Positions 34,101 through 49,100 of a stretch of DNA of 64,000 nucleotides are shown in pieces. Origin of the DNA: Eledone cirrhosa (lineage: Eukaryota); assembly GCA_964016885.1 (NCBI GenBank), contig OZ024748.1, forward strand, positions 46,624,001 through 46,688,000, given 5' to 3'. A model generated the notes under the pieces. The model worked only from the letters and a program-made list of their open reading frames with translations. It was not told where the DNA came from and did no database searches. The translations under genes and the position numbers were made by a program. The stretch's first letter is position 1, and each line of letters begins with the position of its first letter.

Positions 34101-37100
34101 AACCACACAATCCTGACTACACTGCTCTAATACCTCCCAATACTGACTACACTGCTCTAACACCTCCCAATCCTGACTACACTGCTCTAACCACACAATC
34201 CTGACTACACTGCTCTAACACCTCCCAATACTGACTACACTGCTCTAACACCTCCCAATCCTGACTACACTGCTCTAACCACACAATCCTGACTACACTG
34301 CTCTAATACCTCCCAATACTGACTACACTGCTCTAACCACACAATCCTGACTACACTGCTCTAACACCTCCCAATCCTGACTACACTGCTCTAACCACAC
34401 AATCCTGACTACACTGCTCTAATACCTCCCAATACTGACTACACAGCTCTAACACCTCCCAATCCTGACTACACTGCTCTAACCACACAATCCTGACTAC
34501 ACTGCTCTAACACCTCCCAATACTGACTACACTGCTCTAACACCTCCCAATCCTGACTACACTGCTCTAACCACACAATCCTGACTACACTGCTCTAATA
34601 CCTCCCAATACTGACTACACTGCTCTAACCACACAATCCTGACTACACTGCTCTAACACCTCCCAATCCTGACTACACTGCTCTAACCACACAATCCTGA
34701 CTACACTGCTCTAATACCTCCCAATACTGACTACACTGCTCTAACACCTCCCAATCCTGACTACACTGCTCTAACCACACAATCCTGACTACACTGCTCT
34801 AACACCTCCCAATCCTGACTACACTGCTCTAACCACACAATCCTGACTACACTGCTCTAATACCTCCCAATACTGACTACACAGCTCTAACACCTCCCAA
34901 TCCTGACTACACTGCTCTAACCACACAATCCTGACTACACTGCTCTAATACCTCCCATTACTGACTACACTGCTCTAACACCTCCCAATCCTGACTACAC
35001 TGCTCTAACCACACAATCCTGACTACACTGCTCTAATACCTCCCAATACTGACTACACTGCTCTAACACCTCCCAATCCTGACTACACTGCTCTAACCAC
35101 ACAATCCTGACTACACTGCTCTAACACCTCCCAATACTGACTACACTGCTCTAACACCTCCCAATCCTGACTACACTGCTCTAACACCTCCCAATCCTGA
35201 CTACACTGCTCTAACACCTCCCAATCCTGACTACACTGCTCTAACCACACAATCCTGACTACACTGCACTAACACCTCCCAATCCTGACTACACTGCTCT
35301 AACACCTCCCAATCCTGACTACACTGCTTTAACACCTCCCAATCCTGACTACACTGCTCTAACACCTACCAATCCTGACTACACTGCTCTAACCACACAA
35401 TCCTGACTACACTGCTCTAACACCTCCCAATCCTGACTACACAGCTCTAACACCTCCCAATCCTGACTACACTGCTCTAACACCTCCCAATCCTGACTAC
35501 ACTGCTCTAACACCTCTCAATCCTGACTACACTGCTCTAACCACACAATCCTGACTACACTGCTCTAACACCTCCCAATCCTGACTACACTGCTCTAACA
35601 CCTCCCAATCCTGACTACACTGCTCTAACACCTCCCAATCCTGACTACACTGCTCTAACACCTCCCAATCCTGACTACACTGCTCTAACACCTCCCAATC
35701 CTGACTACACTGCTCTAACCACACAATCCTGACTTCACTGCTCTAACACCTCCCAATCCTGACTACACTGCTCTAACACCTCCCAATCCTGACTACACTG
35801 CTCTAACCACACAATCCTGACTACACTGCTCTAACACCTCCCAATCCTGACTACACTGCTCTAACAACACACAATCCTGACTACACTGCTCTAACAACAC
35901 ACAATCCTGACTACACTGCTCTAACACCTCCCAATCCTGACTACACTGCTCTAACCACACAATCCTGACTACACTGCTCTAACACTTCCCAATCCTGACT
36001 ACACTGCTCTAACACCTCCCAATCCTGACTACACTGCTCTAACACCTCCCAATCCTGACTACACTGCTCTAACACCTCCCAATCCTCACTACACTGCTCT
36101 AACCACACAATCCTGACTACACTGCTCTAACACCTCCCAATCCTGACTACACTGCTCTAACACCTCCCAATCCTGACTACACTGCTCTAACACCTCCCAA
36201 TCCTGACTACACTGCTCTAACACCTCCCAATCCTGACTACACTGCTCTAACCACACAATCCTGACTTCACTGCTCTAACACCTCCCAATCCTGACTACAC
36301 TGCTCTAACACCTCCCAATCCTGACTACACTGCTCTAACCACACAATCCTGACTACACTGCTCTAACACCTCCCAATCCTGACTACACTGCTCTAACCAC
36401 ACAATCCTGACTACACTGCTCTAACACCTCCCAATCCTGACTACACTGCTCTAACAACACACAATCCTGACTACACTGCTGTAACAACACACAATCCTGA
36501 CTACACTGCTCTAACACCTCCCAATCCTGACTACACTGCTCTAACACCTCCCAATCCTGACTACACTGCTCTAACCACACACAATCCTGACTACACTGCT
36601 GTAACAACACACAATCCTGACTACACTGCTCTAACACCTCCCAATCCTGACTACACTGCTCTAACCACACAATCCTGACTACACTGCTCTAACACTTCCC
36701 AATCCTGACTACACTGCTCTAACACCTCCCAATCCTGACTACACTGCTCTAACACCTCCCAATCCTGACTACACTGCTCTAACCACACAATCCTGACTAC
36801 ACTGCTCTAACACTTCCCAATCCTGACTACACTGCTCTAACACCTCCCAATCCTGACTACACTGCTCTAACACCTCCCAATCCTGACTACACTGCTCTAA
36901 CCACACAATCCTGACTACACTGCTCTAACACCTCCCAATCCTGACTACACTGCTCTAACACCTCCCAATCCTGACTACACTGCTCTAACCACACAATCCT
37001 GACTACACTGCTCTAACACCTCCCAATCCTGACTACACTGCTCTAACCACACAATCCTGACTACACTGCTCTAACACCTCCCAATCCTGACTACACTGCT

Positions 37101-40100
37101 CTAACACCTCCCAATCCTGACTACACTGCTGTAACAACACACAATCCTGACTACACTGCTCTAACACCTCCCAATCCTGACTACACTGCTCTAACACCTC
37201 CCAATCCTGACTACACTGCTGTAACAACACACAATACTGACTACACTGCTCTAACCACCTAATCCTGACTACACTGCTGTAACACCTCCCAATCCTGACT
37301 ACACTGCTCTAACACCTCCCAATCCTGACTACACTGCTCTAACACCTCCCAATCCTGACTACACTGCTCTAACACCTCCCAATCCTGACTACACTGCTCT
37401 AACCACACAATCCTGACTACACTGCTCTAACACTTCCCAATCCTGACTACACTGCTCTAACACCTCCCAATCCTGACTACACTGCTCTAACACCTCCCAA
37501 TCCTGACTACACTGCTCTAACCACACAATCCTGACTACACTGCTCTAACACCTCCCAATCCTGACTACACTGCTCTAACACCTCCCAATCCTGACTACAC
37601 TGCTCTAACACCTCCCAATCCTGACTACACTGCTCTAACACCTCCCAATCCTGACTACACTGCTGTAACAACACACAATCCTGACTACACTGCTCTAACC
37701 ACCTAATCCTGACTACACTGCTGTAACACCTCCCAATCCTGACTACACTGCTCTAACACCTCCCAATCCTGACTACACTGCTCTAACACCTCCCAATCCT
37801 GACTACACTGCTCTAACACCTCCCAATCCTGACTACACTGCTCTAACCACACAATCCTGACTTCACTGCTCTAACACCTCCCAATCCTGACTACACTGCT
37901 CTAACACCTCACAATCCTGACTACACTGCTCTAACCACACAATCCTGACTACACTGCTCTAACACCTCCCAATCCTGACTACACTGCTCTAACCACACAA
38001 TCCTGACTACACTGCTCTAACACCTCCCAATCCTGACTACACTGCTCTAACACCTCCCAATCCTGACTACACTGCTCTAACACCTCCCAATCCTGACTAC
38101 ACTGCTCTAACACCTCCCAATCCTGACTACACTGCTGTAACAACACACAATCCTGACTACACTGCTCTAACCACCTAATCCTGACTACACTGCTGTAACA
38201 CCTCCCAATCCTGACTACACTGCTCTAACACCTCCCAATCCTGACTACACTGCTCTAACACCTCCCAATCCTGACTACACTGCTCTAACACCTCCCAATC
38301 CTGACTACACTGCTCTAACCACACAATCCTGACTACACTGCTGTAACACCTCCCAATCCTGACTACACTGCTCTAACACCTCCCAATCCTGACTACACTG
38401 CTCTAACCACACAATCCTGACTACACTGCTCTAACACCTCCCAATCCTGACTACACTGCTCTAACACCTCCCAATCCTGACTACACTGCTCTAACACCTC
38501 CCAATCCTGACTACACTGCTCTGACACCTCCCAATCCTGACTACACTGCTGTAACACATCCCAATCCTGACTACACTGCTCTAACACCTCCCAATCCTGA
38601 CTTCACTGCTCTGACACCTCCCAATCCTAACTACACTGCTCTAACATCTCCCAATCCTGACTACACTGCTCTAACCACACAATCCTGACTACACTGCTCT
38701 AACACCTCCCAATCCTGACTACACTGCTCTAACAACACACAATCCTGACTACACTGCTCTAACCACACAATCCTGACTACACTGCTCTAACACCTCCCAA
38801 TCCTGACTACACTGCTCTAACACCTCCCAATCCTGACTACACTGCTCTAACACCTCCCAATCCTGACTTCACTGCTCTGACACCTCCCAATCCTGACTAC
38901 ACTGCTCTAACACCTCCCAATCCTGACTACACTGCTCTAACACCTCCCAATCCTGACTACACTGCTCTAACACCTCCCAATCCTGACTACACTGCTCTAA
39001 CACCTCCCAATCCTGACTACACAGCTCTAACACCTCCCAATCCTGACTACACTGCTCTAACAACACACAATCCTGACTACACTGCTCTAACACCTCCCAA
39101 TCCTGACTACACTGCTCTAACACCTCCCAATCCTGACTACACTGCTGTAACAACACACAATCCTGACTACACTGCTCTAACACCTCCCAATCCTGACTAC
39201 ACTGCTCTAACACCTCCCAATCCTGACTACACTGCTCTAACACCTCCCAATCCTGACTACACTGCTCTAACCACACAATCCTGACTACACTGCTCTAACA
39301 CCTCCCAATCCTGACTACACTGCTCTGACACCTCCCAATCCTGACTACACTGCTCTAACCACACAATCCTGACTACACTGCTCTGACACCTCCCAATCCT
39401 GACTACACTGCTCTAACACCTCCCAATCCTGACTACACTGCTCTAACCACACAATCCTGACTACACTGCTCTAACACCTCCCAATCCTGACTACACTGCT
39501 CTGACACCTCCCAATCCTGACTACACTGCTCTAACCACACAATCCTGACTACACTGCTCTGACACCTCCCAATCCTGACTACACTGCTCTAACACCTCCC
39601 AATCCTGACTACACTGCTCTAACCACACAATCCTGACTACACTGCTCTAACACCTCCCAATCCTGACTACACTGCTCTAACCACACAATCCTGACTACAC
39701 TGCTCTGACACCTCCCAATCCTGACTACACTGCTCTAACACCTCCCAATCCTGACTACACTGCTCTAACACCTCCCAATCCTGACTACACTGCTCTAACC
39801 ACACAATCCTGACTACACTGCTCTGACACCTCCCAATCCTGACTACACTGCTCTAACACCTCCCAATCCTGACTACACTGCTCTGACACCTCCCAATCCT
39901 GACTACACTGCTCTGACACCTCCCAATCCTGACTACACTGGTCTCACACCTCCCAATCCTGACTACACTGCTCTAACACCTCCCAATCCTGACTACACTG
40001 CTCTGACACCTCCCAATCCTGACTACACTGCTCTAACACCTCCCAATCCTGACTACACTGCTCTAACACCTCCCAATCCTGACTACACTGCTCTAACACC

Positions 40101-43100
40101 TCCCAATCCTGACTACACTGCTCTAACAACACACAATCCTGACTACACTGCTCTAACACCTCCCAATCCTGACTACACTGCTCTAACAACACACAATCCT
40201 GACTACACTGCTCTAACACCTCCCAATCCTGACTACACTGCTCTAACAACACACAATCCTGACTACACTGCTCTAACACCTCCCAATCCTGACTACACTG
40301 CTGTAACACCTCCCAATCCTGACTACACTGCTCTAACACCTCCCAATCCTGACTACACTGCTCTAACACCTCCCAATCCTGACTACACTGCTCTAACAAC
40401 ACACAATCCTGACTACACTGCTCTAACACCTCCCAATCCTGACTACACTGCTCTAACAACACACAATCCTGACTACACTGCTCTAACACCTCCCAATCCT
40501 GACTACACTGCTCTAACAACACACAATCCTGACTACACTGCTCTAACACCTCCCAATCCTGACTACACTGCTCTAACAACACACAATCCTGACTACACTG
40601 CTCTGACACCTCCCAATCCTGACTACACTGCTCTAACACCTCCCAATCCTGACTACACTGCTCTAACACCTCCCAATCCTGACTACACTGCTCTAACACC
40701 TCCCAATCCTGACTACACTGCTCTAACACCTGCCAATCCTGACTACACTGCTCTAACAACACACAATCCTGACTACACTGCTCTAACACCTCCCAATCCT
40801 GACTACACTGCTCTAACAACACACAATCCTGACTACACTGCTCTAACCACACAATCCTGACTACACTGCTCTAACCACACAATCCTGACTACACTGCTCT
40901 GACACCTCCCAATCCTGACTACACTGCTCTAACACCTCCCAATCCTGACTACACTGCTCTAACACCTCCCAATCCTGACTACACTGCTCTAACACCTCCC
41001 AATCCTGACTTCACTGCTCTAACACCTCCCAATCCTGACTACACTGCTCTAACACCTCCCAATCCTGACTACACTGCTCTAACACCTCCCAATCCTGACT
41101 ACACTGCTCTAACACCTCCCAATCCTGACTACACTGCTCTAACAACACACAATCCTGACTACACTGCTCTAACCACACAATCCTGACTACACTGCTCTAA
41201 CCACACAATCCTGACTACACTGCTCTAACACCTCCCAATCCTGACTTCACTGCTCTAACACCTCCCAATCCTGACTACACTGCTCTAACCACACAATCCT
41301 GACTACACTGCTCTAACACCTCCCAATCCTGACTACACTGCTCTAACACCTCCCAATCCTGACTACACTGCTCTAACACCTCCCAATCCTGACTACACTG
41401 CTCTAACACCTCCCAATCCTGACTTCACTGCTCTAACACCTCCCAATCCTGACTACACTGCTCTAACACCTCCCAATCCTGACTACACTGCTCTAACACC
41501 TCCCAATCCTGACTACACTGCTGCTAACACCTCCCAATCCTGACTACACTGCTCTAACACCTCCCAATCCTGACTTCACTGCTCTAACACCTCCCAATCC
41601 TGACTACACTGCTCTAACACCTCCCAATCCTGACTACACTGCTTTAACACCTCCCAATCCTGACTACACTGCTCTAACACCTCCCAATCCTGACTACACT
41701 GCTCTAACCACACAATCCTGACTACACTGCTCTAACACCTCCCAATCCTGACTACACTGCTCTAACACCTCCCAATCCTGACTACACTGCTCTAACACCT
41801 CCCAATCCTGACTACACTGCTCTAACACCTCCCAATCCTGACTACACTGCTCTAACACCTCCCAATCCTGACTACACTGCTCTAACACCTCCCAATCCTG
41901 ACTACACTGCTCTAACACCTCCCAATCCTGACTACACTGCTTTAACACATCCCAATCCTGACTACACTGCTCTAACACCTCCCAATCCTGACTACACTGC
42001 TCTAACCACACAATCCTGACTACACTGCTCTAACACCTCCCAATCCTGACTACACTGCTCTAACACCTCCCACTCCTGACTACACTGCTCTAACACCTCC
42101 AATCCTGACTACACTGCTCTAACCACACAATCCTGACTACACTGCTCTAACCACACAATCCTGACTACACTGCTCTGACACCTCCCAATCCTGACTACAC
42201 TGCTCTAACACCTCCCAATCCTGACTACACTGCTCTAACACCTCCCAATCCTGACTACACTGCTCTAACACCTCCCAATCCTGACTACACTGCTTCTAAC
42301 ACCTCCCAATCCTGACTACACTGCTCTAACACCTCCCAATCCTGACTACACTGCTCTAACAACACACAATCCTGACTACACTGCTCTAACACCTCCCAAT
42401 CCTGACTACACTGCTCTAACACCTCCCAATCCTGACTACACTGCTCTAACACACACAATCCTGACTACACTGCTCTAACACATCCCAATCCTGACTACAC
42501 TGCTCTAACACCTCCCAATCCTGACTACACTGCTCTAACACCTCCCAATCCTGACTACACTGCTCTAACAACACACAATCCTGACTACACTGCTCTAACA
42601 CCTCCCAATCCTGACTACACTGCTCTAACCACACAATCCTGACTACACTGCTCTAACCACACAATCCTGACTACACTGCTCTGACACCTCCCAATCCTGA
42701 CTACACTGCTCTAACACCTCCCAATCCTGACTACACTGCTCTAACACCTCCAATCCTGACTACACTGCTCTAACACCTCCCAATCCTGACTACACTGCTT
42801 TAACACCTCCCAATCCTGACTACACTGCTCTAACACCTCCCAATCCTGACTACACTGCTCTAACAACACACAATCCTGACTACACTGCTCTAACACCTCC
42901 CAATCCTGACTACACTGCTCTAACACCTCCCAATCCTGACTACACTGCTCTAACAACACACAATCCTGACTACACTGCTCTAACACATCCCAATCCTGAC
43001 TACACTGCTCTAACACCTCCCAATCCTGACTACACTGCTCTAACAACACACAATCCTGACTACACTGCTCTAACACCTCCCAATCCTGACTACACTGCTC

Positions 43101-46100
43101 TAACACCTCCCAATCCTGACTACACTGCTCTAACACCTCCCAATCCTGACTACACTGCTCTAACACCTCCCAATCCTGACTACACTGCTTTAACACCTCC
43201 CAATCCTGACTACACTGCTCTAACACCTCCCAATCCTGACTACACTGCTCTAACAACACACAATCCTGACTACACTGCTCTAACACCTCCCAATCCTGAC
43301 TACACTGCTCTAACACCTCCCAATCCTGACTACACTGCTCTAACACCTCCCAATCCTGACTACACTGCTCTAACACCTCCCAATCCTGACTACACTGCTC
43401 TAACAACACACAATCCTGACTACACTGCTCTAACACATCCCAATCCTGACTACACTGCTCTAACACCTCCCAATCCTGACTACACTGCTCTAACCACACA
43501 ATCCTGACTACACTGCTCTAACAACACACAATCCTGACTACACTGCTCTAACACCTCCCAATCCTGACTACACTGCTCTAACCACACAATCCTGACTACA
43601 CTGCTCTAACACCTCCAATCCTGACTACACTGCTCTAACAACACACAATCCTGACTACACTGCTCTAACACCTCCCAATCCTGACTACACTGCTCTAACA
43701 CCTCCCAATCCTGACTACACTGCTCTAACACCTCACAATCCTGACTACACTGCTCTAACACCTCCCAATCCTGACTACACTGCTCTAACACCTCCCAATC
43801 CTGACTACACTGCTCTAACACCTCCCAATCCTGACTACACTGCTCTAACACCTCCCAATCCTGACTACACTGCTCTAACACCTCCCAATCCTGACTACAC
43901 TGCTCTAACACCTCCCAATCCTGACTACACTGCTCTAACACCTCCCAATCCTGACTACACTGCTCTAACACCTCCCAATCCTGACTACACTGCTCTAACA
44001 CCTCCCAATCCTGACTACACTGCTCTAACACCTCCCAATCCTGACTACACTGCTCTAACACCTCCCAATCCTGACTACACTGCTCTAACACCTCCCAATC
44101 CTGACTACACTGCTCTAACAACACACAATCCTGACTACACTGCTCTAACACCTCCCAATCCTGACTACACTGCTCTAACAACACACAATCCTGACTACAC
44201 TGCTCTAACACCTCCCAATCCTGACTACACTGCTCTAACAACACACAATCCTGACTACACTGCTCTAACACCTCCCAATCCTGACTTCACTGCTCTAACA
44301 CCTCCCAATCCTGACTACACTGCTCTAACAACACACAATCCTGACTACACTGCTCTAACACCTCCCAATCCTGACTTCACTGCTCTAACACCTCCCAATC
44401 CTGACTACACTGCTCTAACAACACACAATCCTGACTACACTGCTCTAACACCTCCCAATCCTGACTACACTGCTCTAACACCTCCCAATCCTGACTACAC
44501 TGCTCTAACAACACACAATCCTGACTACACTGCTCTAACACCTCCCAATCCTGACTTCACTGCTCTAACACCTCCCAATCCTGACTACACTGCTCTAACA
44601 ACACACAATCCTGACTACACTGCTCTAACACCTCCCAATCCTGACTACACTGCTCTAACAACACACAATCCTGACTACACTGCTCTAACACCTCCCAATC
44701 CTGACTTCACTGCTCTAACACCTCCAATCCTGACTACACTGCTCTAACAACACACCAATCCTGACTACACTGCTCTAACCACACACAATCCTGACTACAC
44801 TGCTCTAACACCTCCCAATCCTGACTTCACTGCTCTAACACCTCCCAATCCTGACTACACTGCTCTAACACCTCCCAATCCTGACTACACTGCTCTAACC
44901 ACACAATCCTGACTACACTGCTCTAACACCTCCCAATCCTGACTACACTGCTCTAACAACACACAATCCTGACTACACTGCTCTAACACCTCCCAATCCT
45001 GACTACACTGCTCTAACAACACACAATCCTGACTACACTGCTCTAACACCTCCCAATCCTGACTACACTGCTCTAACAACACACAATCCTGACTACACTG
45101 CTCTAACACCTCCCAATCCTGACTACACTGCTCTAACAACACACAATCCTGACTACACTGCTCTAACACCTCCCAATCCTGACTACACTGCTCTAACAAC
45201 ACACAATCCTGACTACCCTGCTCTAACACCTCCCAATCCTGACTACACTGCTCTAACAACACACAATCCTGACTACACTGCTCTAACACCTCCCAATCCT
45301 GACTACACTGCTCTAACAACACACAATCCTGACTACACTGCTCTAACACTCCCAATCCTGACTTCACTGCTCTAACACCTCCCAATCCTGACTACACTGC
45401 TCTAACCACACACAATCCTGACTACACTGCTCTAACACCTCCCAATCCTGACTTCACTGCTCTAACACCTCCCAATCCTGACTACACTGCTCTAACAACA
45501 CACAATCCTGACTACACTGCTCTAACACCTCCCAATCCTGACTTCACTGCTCTAACACCTCCCAATCCTGACTACACTGCTCTAACACCTCCCAATCCTG
45601 ACTTCACTGCTCTAACACCTCCCAATCCTGACTACACTGCTCTAACAACACACAATCCTGACTACACTGCTCTAACACCTCCCAATCCTGACTTCACTGC
45701 TCTAACACCTCACAATCCTGACTACACTGCTCTAACACCTCCCAATCCTGACTACACTGCTCTAACACCTCCCAATCCTGACTACACTGCTCTAACAACA
45801 CACAATCCTGACTACACTGCTCTAACACCTCCCAATCCTGACTACACTGCTCTAACAACACACAATCCTGACTACACTGCTCTAACACCTCCCAATCCTG
45901 ACTACACTGCTCTAACAACACACAATCCTGACTACACTGCTCTAACACCTCCCAATCCTGACTACACTGCTCTAACAACACACAATCCTGACTACACTGC
46001 TCTAACACCTCCCAATCCTGACTACACTGCTCTAACAACACACAATCCTGACTACACTGCTCTAACACCTCCCAATCCTGACTACACTGCTCTAACAACA

Positions 46101-49100
46101 CACAATCCTGACTACACTGCTCTAACACCTCCCAATCCTGACTTCACTGCTCTAACACCTCCCAATCCTGACTACACTGCTCTAACCACACACAATCCTG
46201 ACTACACTGCTCTAACACCTCCCAATCCTGACTTCACTGCTCTAACACCTCCCAATCCTGACTACACTGCTCTAACAACACACAATCCTGACTACACTGC
46301 TCTAACACCTCCCAATCCTGACTTCACTGCTCTAACACCTCCCAATCCTGACTACACTGCTCTAACACCTCCCAATCCTGACTTCACTGCTCTAACACCT
46401 CCCAATCCTGACTACACTGCTCTAACAACACACAATCCTGACTACACTGCTCTAACACCTCCCAATCCTGACTTCACTGCTCTAACACCTCACAATCCTG
46501 ACTACACTGCTCTAACACCTCCCAATCCTGACTACACTGCTCTAACACCTCCCAATCCTGACTACACTGCTCTAACACCTCCCAATCCTGACTACACTGC
46601 TCTAACACCTCCAATCCTGACTACACTGCTCTAACACCTGCCAATCCTGACTACACTGCTCTAACAACACACAATCCTGACTACACTGCTCTAACACCTC
46701 CCAATCCTGACTACACTGCTCTAACACCTCCCAATCCTGACTACACTGCTCTAACACCTCCCAATCCTGACTACACTGCTCTAACACCTCCCAATCCTGA
46801 CTACACTGCTCTAACAACACACAATCCTGACTACACTGCTCTAACACCTCCCAATCCTGACTACACTGCTCTAACAACACACAATCCTGACTACACTGCT
46901 CTAACACCTCCCAATCCTGACTACACTGCTCTAACACCTCCCAATCCTGTCTACACTGCTCTAACACCTCCCAATCCTGACTACACTGCTCTAACAACAC
47001 ACAATCCTGACTACACTGCTCTAAAACCTCCCAATCCTGACTACACTGCTCTAACAACACACAATCCTGACTACACTGCTCTAACACCTCCCAATCCTGA
47101 CTACACTGCTCTAACAACACACAATCCTGACTACACTGCTCTAACACCTCCCAATCCTGACTTCACTGCTCTAACAACACACAATCCTGACTACACTGCT
47201 CTAACACCTCCCAATCCTGACTACACTGCTCTAACACCTCCCAATCCTGACTACACTGCTCTAACACCTCCCAATCCTGACTACACTGCTCTAACAACAC
47301 ACAATCCTGACTACACTGCTCTAACACCTCCCAATCCTGACTACACTGCTCTAACAACACACAATCCTGACTACACTGCTCTAACACCTCCCAATCCTGA
47401 CTACACTGCTCTAACAACACACAATCCTGACTACACTGCTCTAACACCTCCCAATCCTGACTACACTGCTCTAACACCTCCCAATCCTGACTACACTGCT
47501 CTAACACCTCCCAATCCTGACTACACTGCTCTAACACCTCCCAATCCTGACTACACTGCTCTAACACCTCCCAATCCTGACTACACTGCTCTAACACCTC
47601 CCAATCCTGACTACACTGCTCTAACAACACACAATCCTGACTACACTGCTCTAACACCTCCCAATCCTGACTACACTGCTCTAACACCTCCCAATCCTGA
47701 CTACACTGCTCTAACAACACACAATCCTGACTACACTGCTCTAACACCTCCCAATCCTGACTACACTGCTCTAACACCTCCCAATCCTGACTACACTGCT
47801 CTAACACCTCCCAATCCTGACTACACTGCTCTAACACCTCCCAATCCTGACTACACTGCTCTAACACCTCCCAATCCTGACTACACTGCTCTAACACCTC
47901 CCAATCCTGACTACACTGCTCTAACCACACAATCCTGACTACACTGCTCTAACACCTCCCAATCCTGACTACACTGCTCTAACACCTCCCAATCCTGACT
48001 ACACTGCTCTAACAACACACAATCCTGACTACACTGCTCTAACACCTCCCAATCCTGACTACACTGCTCTAACACCTCCCAATCCTGACTACACTGCTCT
48101 AACACCTCCCAATCCTGACTACACTGCTCTAACACCTCCCAATCCTGACTACACTGCTCTAATACCTCCCAATCCTGACTACACTGCTCTAACACCTCCC
48201 AATCCTGACTACACTGCTCTAACACCTCCCAATCCTGACTACACTGCTCTAACACCTCCCAATCCTGACTACACTGCTCTAACACCTCCCAATCCTGACT
48301 ACACTGCTCTAACACCTCCCAATCCTGACTACACTGCTCTAACCACACAATCCTGACTTCACTGCTCTAACCACACAATCCTGACTACACTGCTCTAACA
48401 CCTCCCAATCCTGACTACACTGCTCTAACACCTCCCAATCCTGACTACACTGCTCTAACACCTCCCAATCCTGACTACACTGCTCTAACACCTCCCAATC
48501 CTGACTACACTGCTCTAACACCTCCCAATCCTGACTACACTGCTCTAACCACACAATCCTGACTACACTGCTCTAACACCTCCCAATCCTGACTACACTG
48601 CTCTAACACCTCCCAATCCTGACTACACTGCTCTAACACCTCCCAATCCTGACTACACTGATCTAACACCTCCCAATCCTGACTACACTGCTCTAACCAC
48701 ACAATCCTGACTACACTGCTCTAACACCTCCCAATCCTGACTACACTGCTCTAACACCTCCCAATCCTGACTACACTGCTCTAACACCTCCCAATCCTGA
48801 CTACACTGCTCTAACACCTCCCAATCCTGACTACACTGCTCTAACACCTCCCAATCCTGACTACACTGCTCTAACACCTCCCAATCCTGACTACACTGCT
48901 CTAACACCTCCCAATCCTGACTACACTGCTCTAACCACACAATCCTGACTACACTGCTCTAACACCTCCCAATCCTGACTACACTGCTCTAACACCTCCC
49001 AATCCTGACTACACTGCTCTAACACCTCCCAATCCTGACTACACTGCTCTAACAACACACAATCCTGACTACACTGCTCTAACACCTCCCAATACTGACT